Part shown: positions 9,357-18,906 of the stretch, piece after piece | Numbering within the stretch: the first letter of the stretch is position 1 | Layout: each line of letters starts with the position of its first letter | Sequence record: NC_028999.1 | DNA length: 64,000 bases | Direction: 5' to 3' (one strand) | Notes under the pieces: model-generated | What the model saw: only the letters and a program-made list of their open reading frames with translations | Databases searched by the model: none | Told to the model about the DNA's origin: nothing | Program-made: the position numbers and the translations under genes

Positions 9357-12059
9357 ATGGCTCAACGTCAAGTTAATGAGGTGGCGTATCCGAAGCTACA
9401 GGCGATCCGCTTGGGATCAACTGCAACGCCGACGAACGCACTCCTCAACCTTCTGCGTAAGGATCCAAACGCATTGGGTACGGAAGCCGCGAAACCTCGG
9501 GTTAACGTAAATCGTTTCACCCTGGACAAGGTTTCGCGCGACACCTCACAAGAGATCATCGATAGCGACTCTATTATGCAGTTGCTCCCTGACCTTGAGT
9601 TGGTGGAGACTGTATATGTAGGTTCGATTATCGACCCGAAGGCATTGTCAGATACTGATTTGACCTTCTCTGTCGATCAGGCTATTTTCGACAGTGAACT
9701 CTCCAAACACCTGCTTGAGCCTGTTGAGAAGTATTTTAAACGAGACTATAAGATTGACGAGCGCTTGGACCTGATCCTACGCGATTGTTTGTTCCGTAAA
9801 GGCGCTTCGATCCTAGCCGTTCTTCCCGAGAACGTACTAGATAATCTTATTAATGGTCGTCGTCAGGTTTCTATGGAGACCTTCGAACAGATCCGTAATC
9901 GCGTAGAGAATACTACTACTGATAACCTCGGGTTTTTGGGGCATCCCACTGATCAAACTATCTCGTTGGAGGGTTACGCTAATAACGCTACCACCAACCG
10001 GATACGCGGTGACAAACATCTTACCGTCACCGATAACTTCAACGTTTTGAAAGTCCCTGGGATGTCCCGCCGTGTACGCGAGATGTCAATCGCGAAGAAA
10101 CTTCGCGGTAACCAGGTTTCTTTGGAAGCTGAGGTACATAACTTCGGCAACGATGAAATCGAGAAGCTGTATCAGAGTCGCTTAGGGGGTACGGAACATA
10201 CACAAGTTGTAACGTCTCCTCGTTACATGGACCGTCCTTCGGTTGGCCATCCGCTGATCCTACCGTTACCAATGGAATCGGTCGTACCGGTGTTTGTTCA
10301 AGGTCGTCCTCATGAACATATTGGTTATTTCCTGTTGGTGGACCAACATGGTTATCCTATTTCGAAAGATTCGACCCGCGACTTCTATGGTGAACTGCAA
10401 GCTGGTTGGAAAGGTGGTAAGAACTCAGATAACAACTCCGAAGTTCTGCGACTGACCCGCGAAGCATTGGGTAACAATACTAAGCGACAAGATTTTGAAA
10501 TTGATGAGATCCAACAAACGTACAACGCTATTATCGTGAACGATCTGAACAACCGTCTGCGTAATGGCATGTACGACCAAGAACTGGAAATTGGGATCAC
10601 TGAAGAAATTCAGCGGATCATGCTCTATCGTTCTTGGAAAGCTAAGAATACTCAACTGGTATTCATTCCAGCAGAACTACTCACCTACATTGCTTTTGAC
10701 TATAATGTCAATGGTATCGGTGAGACGTTGCTGTCTCGGTCAAAAATGATCGCCACTATGCGTTCGACTCTGCTCATGGCCGAGACCATCGGCGGGATGC
10801 GTAACGCGGTAGGTCGTAAACGAGTGAATATCACACTCGATCCAGATGACGTTGATCCGGAACAAACGATCTCAAATATTCAATCCAACATCATGGAATC
10901 TGCACATCGTAGTTTCCCGTTGGCCGCTCCAGACCCTACTCAGGCAATGGACCACCTAATCCGTTCTGGCTTTGATTTTGCCATCAATACCAATGGTGCT
11001 GATTATGCAGAGACCAAAGTTGAATACGATGATTACAACACATCGGTAAACGCAGGTAATCCAGACCTGCAAGACCGTCTGCGTCGTATGCATATTTCGG
11101 GTATGGGTGTACCACCTGAGAAAGTGGATCCGATGTCTTCACCGGACTTCGCAACATCGGTGGTACAAAACGACCTCGTAATGTCCCGTCGTGTACGCGA
11201 TAAACAGAAGACATTCTGTCAACATCTGTCTAAGTTCATCCGTTCGTTCGTTACTCACAGTTCCATCATCCGTGAAGAATTGAACAAGATTGTAACAGAC
11301 AATGCTAAGATGTTGATTTCCCCAGAATTCAAACACATGACCGTACAGGAAGTGGTGGATGAATTCATCCTGTCGATCGAAGTTTCCCTACCGACTCCTG
11401 ACAACACGCAACATGAGCGTCAGTCTGAAGCATTGGAGAACTATGATCGCCTGCTGACTACTGCATTGGAATCGTATATCACTCCGGAACTATTCCCGGA
11501 TGAACTGACTCAGATTCCTGGATTGACAGACCAAGTCATGAATCATGTGAAAGCAATGTTCAAACGCCAGTTCATGGCACAGAACAATATTCTGCCGGAA
11601 CTGAATATCTTGACTGAGATGGACGGTGATAAACCGGCATTTAGTCTGTTGGACTTCGCAGCACTGCAACAAGGTACAATGGCGAAAGCCTTCTTGGCCT
11701 TTGCCAAGCATACACAGGAATCCAAACTCCATCTGGAGAAACTCTATAAGAACGTTATCGAAGGTAACGACGAGAACGGAATTACTCCTGGTGGCGGTGG
11801 TGATTTTGGGGGTGGCAATGACTTCGGTGGTGGAGACGAGTTCTCTAACATCGATGAAGGTGGTGGTGATATGGACCTGGGTGTCGATGGTGGCACTGGG
11901 GACGGCAGCGAGCAATCCGATGATTTCGGTGCTCCTGAATCGGATGTACTTGATGAGGGTACAGAAACCGATGAAGACAAACCACAAACCGATGGACTCG
12001 AAGACCCAATGGCTGAGGCGGAAGCTGAAGAAAACGGGAAAGACGAGGACAAGTTGTAA
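9357..12059 (+). CDS. Portal protein (phiKZ gp129-like)
   Basis: 900 aa; ESVVPV...EHIGYFLLVD..G motif; N-terminal S-x-E protease sites (VSME, ISLE, VSLE); acidic Gly-rich C-terminal tail; synteny. Confidence 0.8.
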   Translation: MAQRQVNEVAYPKLQAIRLGSTATPTNALLNLLRKDPNALGTEAAKPRVNVNRFTLDKVSRDTSQEIIDSDSIMQLLPDLELVETVYVGSIIDPKALSDTDLTFSVDQAIFDSELSKHLLEPVEKYFKRDYKIDERLDLILRDCLFRKGASILAVLPENVLDNLINGRRQVSMETFEQIRNRVENTTTDNLGFLGHPTDQTISLEGYANNATTNRIRGDKHLTVTDNFNVLKVPGMSRRVREMSIAKKLRGNQVSLEAEVHNFGNDEIEKLYQSRLGGTEHTQVVTSPRYMDRPSVGHPLILPLPMESVVPVFVQGRPHEHIGYFLLVDQHGYPISKDSTRDFYGELQAGWKGGKNSDNNSEVLRLTREALGNNTKRQDFEIDEIQQTYNAIIVNDLNNRLRNGMYDQELEIGITEEIQRIMLYRSWKAKNTQLVFIPAELLTYIAFDYNVNGIGETLLSRSKMIATMRSTLLMAETIGGMRNAVGRKRVNITLDPDDVDPEQTISNIQSNIMESAHRSFPLAAPDPTQAMDHLIRSGFDFAINTNGADYAETKVEYDDYNTSVNAGNPDLQDRLRRMHISGMGVPPEKVDPMSSPDFATSVVQNDLVMSRRVRDKQKTFCQHLSKFIRSFVTHSSIIREELNKIVTDNAKMLISPEFKHMTVQEVVDEFILSIEVSLPTPDNTQHERQSEALENYDRLLTTALESYITPELFPDELTQIPGLTDQVMNHVKAMFKRQFMAQNNILPELNILTEMDGDKPAFSLLDFAALQQGTMAKAFLAFAKHTQESKLHLEKLYKNVIEGNDENGITPGGGGDFGGGNDFGGGDEFSNIDEGGGDMDLGVDGGTGDGSEQSDDFGAPESDVLDEGTETDEDKPQTDGLEDPMAEAEAEENGKDEDKL

Positions 12060-12097
12060 CGACATAAAAGCCCCACCTTCGGGTGGGGCTTTATGCT
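12060..12097. terminator. Bidirectional hairpin with CATA/TATG arms
   Basis: CGACATA-aaa-GCCCCACC-TTCG-GGTGGGGC-tt-TATGC between convergent genes. Confidence 0.85.
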
Positions 12098-12100
12098 CTC

Positions 12101-13381
12101 TTAACCTTCTACACCCATCACACGGAAAAATGCAGTCTCATCTCTAAAGGGATGAGCCGGATAACGACCACCATTAATGATTCCTTGCTGTGTCCAGTTC
12201 ATGTGTTCGGCATCGTAATCGTGACGAACATTACGGGTGGCACAGTACACGTACATGGGTTCTTTATCAGGTACCAAATACGTTTCATGGGGTTCATGAA
12301 TTGTGTGATAATCAAGCATCCGACCGTACGCGCCAACCATCGGTAGACGGTTGTATGTCTCGTCGATAAACCGACCCGGTAGATTCAGATATTCGACAGG
12401 CTCATATCCATGGAAGAAAGTCGGGCTATCCACAATAACAAAGAACGTCTGCGATAAAGTAAGGTATGCTCGAATAACGGCATCATTTTTGAGTTCGTTA
12501 ACTACAAACTCCGTAGGATCATTAGCATTGATGGTTAACCCTAAACTAGATAGATCCATACAGCGAGCCGATTCAATATAACGGTCTAGGAACATCATTT
12601 TACCGAAGCTGATTCGCCATGTCCGTTCTGCTACACGGGTATACACGTTAGACAAAACGTTTAAATAACCGCCTGTTACCAACAATACTGTTTTATTAGT
12701 CAGATCGACACCAGCTGGCATTGTCAGATATGCACCATCCCACAGTGGAGCAGTTTCACCTTGTGAGGTGATCATTTCATCAGTCACGGGGATGTATGTC
12801 AGCTTACCAATGGTCTCAAACGAATAGATTCCAATTTGGTTATCGTTCGAACGGCGCAGTGTAGTATTACCGTCAATGACTCGAACTCCAGCATCAGTCC
12901 AATCTGTCAGATGGAACATGCCGTTAACCGTCACCATGCTGTAATCACGTATCTTTTGTGGAGCATGCTTGGGATGGGTCAGCAGTAGATCTTGCTTCTC
13001 GAATTTAGAAATCTGTTGATCAACATGCCCATTGGTGGCGACCGGTTGAACATTATAGCCGCAGTGCCATGCTTGAGCATATTTCACTAATCGAACATCC
13101 TCGTTCGGTAGAGTAGCATCAAATGGCAGAGTTCGATTACCAAGGCTGGTCAACCATTGCTGAACAGTGACTGTCGTATCAACCTCGTTTAACCAGTTGA
13201 TGACATTATCCCAATGCAGTGCCTTTTGTACCGCACCACCAGTACCAGGATACTCGATATAAAGGTAGACATCACCGTATTTAGCGGAGAGAGTAGTCAC
13301 TAGCTCGTTGGCAAGATTCGCCTCAATCCAGCGTCCGGCGCGGCGATCAAGCCGATACCTTGCACGTACTAAAGTGTACAT
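12101..13381 (-). CDS. Virion structural protein (phiKZ gp130-like)
   Basis: ATG at 13381 with GGAGG RBS; synteny after the portal. Confidence 0.65.
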   Translation of the reverse strand: MYTLVRARYRLDRRAGRWIEANLANELVTTLSAKYGDVYLYIEYPGTGGAVQKALHWDNVINWLNEVDTTVTVQQWLTSLGNRTLPFDATLPNEDVRLVKYAQAWHCGYNVQPVATNGHVDQQISKFEKQDLLLTHPKHAPQKIRDYSMVTVNGMFHLTDWTDAGVRVIDGNTTLRRSNDNQIGIYSFETIGKLTYIPVTDEMITSQGETAPLWDGAYLTMPAGVDLTNKTVLLVTGGYLNVLSNVYTRVAERTWRISFGKMMFLDRYIESARCMDLSSLGLTINANDPTEFVVNELKNDAVIRAYLTLSQTFFVIVDSPTFFHGYEPVEYLNLPGRFIDETYNRLPMVGAYGRMLDYHTIHEPHETYLVPDKEPMYVYCATRNVRHDYDAEHMNWTQQGIINGGRYPAHPFRDETAFFRVMGVEG

Positions 13382-13412
13382 TTTGCCTCCGGATGAAAAG
13401 ATCAAACAATCT

Positions 13413-13429
13413 TATGTGAATTTCACATC
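13413..13429. promoter_or_regulatory. Palindromic element with late-promoter TATG between divergent operons
   Basis: T-ATGTGAA-T-TTCACAT-C inverted repeat; TATG on + strand, GATG on - strand. Confidence 0.35.
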
Positions 13430-13472
13430 ATTACGCTAACAACCGCGCACTAGCGCTTCAAAGGAGGGCGCG

Positions 13473-15689
13473 ATGTCCACCGTTAGTACAACAGGCCTTT
13501 ATGATGAGGATCTGCACGGGACTAACCCCGCTAACCTCATTACTAATGAACTGCAAACTTTGCAGATTCCAGGCCCGAACGACTTCTACTTCATCATTCC
13601 GAAGGCCGCGCCGTTCTTTGTAGACTCTCTCGAAGTTTATAACGCTCAGACGGGCGTTAAATACGTAGAAGGCTCTGATTACATTGTCGGCCACCGTTTC
13701 GTAGAAGCGATGGAATCGATCGGTCGTCCGATCGCTGGTAGTATCCGTTTCATGAAACGGACTATTACTGGACAGGTAAGACTTAAATATCGGACGATTG
13801 GTGGTCAATGGGGCTTTAGTGACGCCGCTATTTTGGCCGAGCTGTCCCGTAAGCAATACAACCCACTCATTCGTAGTTGGGGTGATATTGACGTATTGCC
13901 GGCTTCATTCCCGGCATTGCAGCATGACCAATCTGTTGACAGTTTGGTGGGTTCGGAAGAAATTAATGCTTCCCTTAATCGGATTGCTGACATTCTGGAA
14001 GCAACTGCCTCTGGTACAACTGAAAGTCACTTGAAGGATTTTAATAACCCGCACCAAGTGACTAAGCAACAGGTACAGTTGGGTAACGTCCCGAACTACC
14101 TGATGGCTTCAGATCAACAACACATTGATGCTGCTCGTAACGATCTGTTTACCAACCCGCGTGGCGTGAAGCTGTCGATCCAAGAGTTTGCACTCAAACC
14201 TTTGAATGCTCACATTGCAGCAACTGGCAACGTGCATGGACTGACTACCAAGGATATTGGTCTGGAGAAGGTCCCGAACTATCCGGCTGCTACTGCACAA
14301 CAGGCTACGGATCCGACTAATAATGCAACGTTGATGACTCCGTACACAACGTCGCTATTAATCCAAGCACAACAGGCCGACCCGCGTTTAGATCAACTTA
14401 TTGCCGATTTCAACGCGCACTTGGCAGCAACCAACCCGCACAACATCGATCCACACATGATCGGTACTCTGTCAGAGGCTGAGATTCGTGCGCTGGTCCA
14501 ACAGGGTGGAGCTGGTGGTGATGCTACCACGTTCGGTGGAGAAACCCCTACTGACTGGGAAGCCAAATTCCCGGCAGTTGCCGACATTAATATAATTCTG
14601 GATGAACTGGCCACTACAGTTCAAGCAGGCGTTACGGCATTAACAGTCGTTGACGTAACCGATCCAGTTACCCCTGGTGATGAGACAGAGCACAAGATGC
14701 AACTGGCGACATGGGGCGAAGCTGGATATGGAGCGTATGCGATTTATAACGCCTTGGGTAACGTTCAGTATGTTGCATCCACTGACGCTGCTGGTTATCC
14801 AACAACGGTTCAATCACTGGGTCCGCTACAATGGGGTAGCACGCTCGATGCTAACTACATGTTGGACGCTCAAGGCGCATTGCGTTCTTGGGGTACTGCA
14901 AAAGTTGCTATTCCGACTGCGTATGCTTCGGGTAGTGGTTTCGTAGCGGCTAACAAAATGAATCAGATCTGGGTCACCAAAGGTGCAGTCTATGCTGTAT
15001 TGGCGAGTGCGGCCTCTGGTGCGATTGTCTTCCAAGGTGGTAACCCGTCTCCGGTTCTAGCGGGTCTGGTTATCACGGATATGTGGTTAGGACAGAGTAT
15101 CGTTGATACCCGTCGCATTGGTATTGCTGAGTCTGATGATGGCACCGATACACCGGTTTACACAGCTTTCGGTGATTCTTCTTTCGTCACAGCGATGACA
15201 GCACAACTCAATACCTTTAAATCACTCGGTAAGATCGAAGATATCCGTATCCTGGATAATTACATTGTGATTATAGGCACGAAGACTGGTTCGGCAGTGG
15301 GTAAGACGATGGTTGTTCTTCAAATCAACTACGGCGCCAACATTACACTGACCGATGTTACTACGACGTTTGATGTCTATAACCACCAGACCGGATTGAG
15401 CGTGAAGGCTAATACACTGAACCAGCTCGACGCCATCTCTGGTAATTATGGTCACGCTGTTATCACTCGCCAAATTGTTGGCACTGAGATCATGGAACTG
15501 TACAGCTTCGGTTCTAGTTCCAATGGTCAACGCTATATTCCGGGAACAGCTGGTCCGTTCTTGGCGGCTATGGCAGGCTTTGATTACACGGTGACTGTGG
15601 ATGCTACGAACTATGTGCAGTTCTGGGGTGACTCTCCTGATAACTCACTGCTCTGGCCTAACGGTCGTTACATTATTCCGGGAGGCTAA
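13473..15689 (+). CDS. Tail fibre protein (phiKZ gp131-like)
   Basis: 738 aa; shared fibre N-domain, three H...NPH..T..Q.GL..V.N repeats, beta-rich C-terminus compatible with a propeller. Confidence 0.7.
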   Translation: MSTVSTTGLYDEDLHGTNPANLITNELQTLQIPGPNDFYFIIPKAAPFFVDSLEVYNAQTGVKYVEGSDYIVGHRFVEAMESIGRPIAGSIRFMKRTITGQVRLKYRTIGGQWGFSDAAILAELSRKQYNPLIRSWGDIDVLPASFPALQHDQSVDSLVGSEEINASLNRIADILEATASGTTESHLKDFNNPHQVTKQQVQLGNVPNYLMASDQQHIDAARNDLFTNPRGVKLSIQEFALKPLNAHIAATGNVHGLTTKDIGLEKVPNYPAATAQQATDPTNNATLMTPYTTSLLIQAQQADPRLDQLIADFNAHLAATNPHNIDPHMIGTLSEAEIRALVQQGGAGGDATTFGGETPTDWEAKFPAVADINIILDELATTVQAGVTALTVVDVTDPVTPGDETEHKMQLATWGEAGYGAYAIYNALGNVQYVASTDAAGYPTTVQSLGPLQWGSTLDANYMLDAQGALRSWGTAKVAIPTAYASGSGFVAANKMNQIWVTKGAVYAVLASAASGAIVFQGGNPSPVLAGLVITDMWLGQSIVDTRRIGIAESDDGTDTPVYTAFGDSSFVTAMTAQLNTFKSLGKIEDIRILDNYIVIIGTKTGSAVGKTMVVLQINYGANITLTDVTTTFDVYNHQTGLSVKANTLNQLDAISGNYGHAVITRQIVGTEIMELYSFGSSSNGQRYIPGTAGPFLAAMAGFDYTVTVDATNYVQFWGDSPDNSLLWPNGRYIIPGG

Positions 15690-15693
15690 ATAA

Positions 15694-16017
15694 ATGGCTA
15701 TTGCTGATTTTCGGGTCAAGCTGGAGTTCTTGAAAGGTGTTCTTTCTAACTACCAGAACTTGATCACTAATAAATTCGCAACGGTTCGTGATCGCCTTAA
15801 TGCACATACCAGTGCTACAGGTAATGTGCACGATATGGAAGCAGAAGACATTGGTTTGGGACAGGTACCCAACTATCCTCCTGCTACCACGCAGCAAGCC
15901 ACTGATGGAATCAGCAACAACTCGTTGATGACTCCTAAAAGGGTAGATGACTATGTTGCCACGAATATCTTCCAAGTGATCGAAACTGCGTTCAACGACG
16001 CTGCTGATCGATTGTAA
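15694..16017 (+). CDS. Small tail-fibre-associated protein (single fibre repeat)
   Basis: AHTSATGNVHDMEAEDIGLGQVPNYPPATTQQA closely matches a repeat in 13473..15689. Confidence 0.65.
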   Translation: MAIADFRVKLEFLKGVLSNYQNLITNKFATVRDRLNAHTSATGNVHDMEAEDIGLGQVPNYPPATTQQATDGISNNSLMTPKRVDDYVATNIFQVIETAFNDAADRL

Positions 16018-16091
16018 CTACCCTGGCAGCAGAAGGAGTCACTGTGGCTAACACGGTGATTCCTTCTGTTGTTATTTGTTCGGAGTCAATC

Positions 16092-17462
16092 ATGACCGAT
16101 ACGTATGTTTCACTACCTCTAGACAAAACGGGTCGTGACCCGAATAACCTGATGGGTAGTGAAGAACACACCCTTGTAGCTACACCCAATTTTCCGTACA
16201 AAATTATCACCCTTTACCATGGCGGCTTTTACCTGAGAGATCTTCGTGTATACGACGCTCAGTACAAGCGCCTGGTTAAAGATGTCGACTACATTGTGAC
16301 CTACTACCATAAGGACGCAAGCGAATACATTGGTCTGGACATTTGTTCAGCGATTGTATTCTTGGACAAAACCCGCACGGGTAAAGTCTATACGTCTGCT
16401 CAAATGGTCGGTGGTGATCTGGCCTTTAGCTTTACAGTGGTTAACGATTACGTTCAGTTCTATCGTAGTAAACCAGCTAACTATATTCCGGTCAGTAAAG
16501 ACTACAACGGTAACGAACCGATCTGGAAACCCGGTGAACTGGAAGCTGAACGATGGCATTTGGATACCTATCAACCATTTAACAATGAGTTAGATCGGAT
16601 TGCAAGGGCTATTACTGGTTCTATCGGTGACTATGAGACCGATTACCATAACAACGTCGTATCAGCTTATAACCAGTTCATGGCACGGTTTGATAATCGT
16701 TTAGATAATCACATCAACGATAAAAACAACCCGCACCAAGATAATAAATCTCAGACTGAGATTGGATTACCGCGTCTTCAGAACTTCAAGGTCGCAACTC
16801 AAGCTGAAGCGAATGCCGCTGCATCAAATACACTGTACTTGACCCCAAAACTCTCTGCCGGTATCGTCACCACATTAGCCTTGACGCCTCTGAACAACCA
16901 CATCAATTCGACTGGGAACGTTCACCGAGTAACCCTGGCTCAGCTAAACACCCCTAGCAAAGATACTGTAGATGCTACAGTGAACACGAAGTACCTGCGT
17001 AACGAGACAGTGGAGGGGGCTAACTTAGGACTCTTCAATGGCGGTTATCGTGATTGGAACTACATGTCCACTGAGTTTCGTCGTAACATTCCAGCACAGA
17101 ACTTTGTAGCAGGTGGTGCGAATGGTTACATGCCTCCTAGACGTATCGGTAGGGGTAATCCTGATGGGAACTCAGCCATGCACTCGGATGGTAGTTGGTG
17201 GTCATGGCCAGCCATTTTCGCAAGGTATGGTACTACTACCCGATCAGCAGTGTACATTATGACCATGGGGAACGTTACACCAGCCCAAGCGCATGCTATC
17301 GCCACCAGTCAATCTTTTGCATATACCGCCCCTATCGGCTCTATCATCTTCTACAACCTCAACGAAACTCTAACATGGGGTCGTGGTAACGGTACATTCA
17401 CCGAGACTCACGTTCAGACGTTCGGTTCGATGAAAACTGCCAGTGGGTGGGTACAACTTTAA
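16092..17462 (+). CDS. Tail fibre protein, paralogue 2
   Basis: ATG 16092 with GGAG RBS; LPLDKTG..PNNL N-domain plus two NPH/NVH repeats. Confidence 0.7.
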   Translation: MTDTYVSLPLDKTGRDPNNLMGSEEHTLVATPNFPYKIITLYHGGFYLRDLRVYDAQYKRLVKDVDYIVTYYHKDASEYIGLDICSAIVFLDKTRTGKVYTSAQMVGGDLAFSFTVVNDYVQFYRSKPANYIPVSKDYNGNEPIWKPGELEAERWHLDTYQPFNNELDRIARAITGSIGDYETDYHNNVVSAYNQFMARFDNRLDNHINDKNNPHQDNKSQTEIGLPRLQNFKVATQAEANAAASNTLYLTPKLSAGIVTTLALTPLNNHINSTGNVHRVTLAQLNTPSKDTVDATVNTKYLRNETVEGANLGLFNGGYRDWNYMSTEFRRNIPAQNFVAGGANGYMPPRRIGRGNPDGNSAMHSDGSWWSWPAIFARYGTTTRSAVYIMTMGNVTPAQAHAIATSQSFAYTAPIGSIIFYNLNETLTWGRGNGTFTETHVQTFGSMKTASGWVQL

Positions 17463-17472
17463 GGACTTCGTA

Positions 17473-18906
17473 ATGAACCCATTTCTTCACGCCCTACCTT
17501 ACGATCCAACGGGAACAGCCATCAATAACAGAACCCGTGGTGAGGTGCATGACCTGTCCGCTCAGCACGAATACCCGTACAAGGTAATCGTGATGGAGAA
17601 AGGGTACTTCTATACCAAGGACTTAGTCATTATCGACAAAACAGGTTACCGTCTTGTAGAGAACCAAGACTATCAATGCACCATGATGAATGCCGAGATT
17701 GCCAAGAAGACTGGTAAGACGGCATGTGCTGTAATTGTGGTATCCAGTAAGAAGATCAATCCGGTCGTACGAATTGATGCTCAAATGGTCGGCGGGGTGT
17801 ATTGTCAGCTTGCTCCAGCGATCGCTCAGCAAGCACGCGGCTTACTCAACAACACTCGTTCTGTTCATTGGAACAACATTATTGATAAGCCCAATACATT
17901 TAAACCCAATGGCCATTTCCATGCGTTGTGGGAGTTGTTCCGCTTCACTCCCCAGGTTCTGATTCTTAAACGAATTGAATCTATTCTGGAGCGACAAATC
18001 GAGCGCGATATGGATGACGTGTTGGCTGAGTTCCAACGCAAACTCGATCAGATTGGTGATAACCTTGGCGATATCGATGCCCGGCTAACTACGCACATTC
18101 AAGATACCCGTAACCCGCACAACACGACTAAAGCCAAACTCCAATTGGATAAAGTCCAAGACGGTGCGGTAGCAACCCTGGATCAGGCACGTACTACGTC
18201 AGGGACCATTCTTGATGCCTACGCCACACCACTGCGTGCGGCAGATTCCATCGCTGTAAATTTTACCCCGATGTTGCAAGCGCACATCACTGACTACAAC
18301 AACCCGCATAAAGAAACAGCCGCTAAACTGGGTACACTGACTGTTCAAGAACATTTGAATCTTGCAGCCCAGTATTACGACCGTGGATCAGTTGTAGCAA
18401 TGACCGATCGCTTAGAAGGAGAACTCTTCAGTTCCATCTACGATCGTGCACGTAAGAACGTTCCGATTAACCAACTCACATCTGGTATTTTCCCGTCAGA
18501 GCGATACTCAACTCACCAGACGGGTACACCCATGGTTGATTCTTTGTTGGTGCCAACCGGCGATCCAAATTGGGTTGCCAATGACGGATACTTCATGGGA
18601 TGGCTAGGTATTGATAAAATCTTCGAGACGTACGAGAAGAAAGGTAATCAAATTTTGTATATGAGTGGTACAGTGGGTTCAATGTCTAAAGGCAATAACG
18701 CCGCTGACACTATCACCACGCTACGCAATACCTTTGGTTACAACGTACCATCAGGGACAATGGCCGTTTGGAGATATCTCACTGATTGGATTATCAGTAC
18801 AGGTAACGGTGCGTACACTACTCATCTCAGTGCTATTGGCATGGCAGTATTCCTAAACGGAGACTGGCGCATTCCAGGTATGGCTAATGGTAACAGTCCA
18901 TGGTAA
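17473..18906 (+). CDS. Tail fibre protein, paralogue 3
   Basis: ATG 17473 after AAGGA; LPYDPTG..INN N-domain plus two NPH repeats. Confidence 0.7.
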   Translation: MNPFLHALPYDPTGTAINNRTRGEVHDLSAQHEYPYKVIVMEKGYFYTKDLVIIDKTGYRLVENQDYQCTMMNAEIAKKTGKTACAVIVVSSKKINPVVRIDAQMVGGVYCQLAPAIAQQARGLLNNTRSVHWNNIIDKPNTFKPNGHFHALWELFRFTPQVLILKRIESILERQIERDMDDVLAEFQRKLDQIGDNLGDIDARLTTHIQDTRNPHNTTKAKLQLDKVQDGAVATLDQARTTSGTILDAYATPLRAADSIAVNFTPMLQAHITDYNNPHKETAAKLGTLTVQEHLNLAAQYYDRGSVVAMTDRLEGELFSSIYDRARKNVPINQLTSGIFPSERYSTHQTGTPMVDSLLVPTGDPNWVANDGYFMGWLGIDKIFETYEKKGNQILYMSGTVGSMSKGNNAADTITTLRNTFGYNVPSGTMAVWRYLTDWIISTGNGAYTTHLSAIGMAVFLNGDWRIPGMANGNSPW

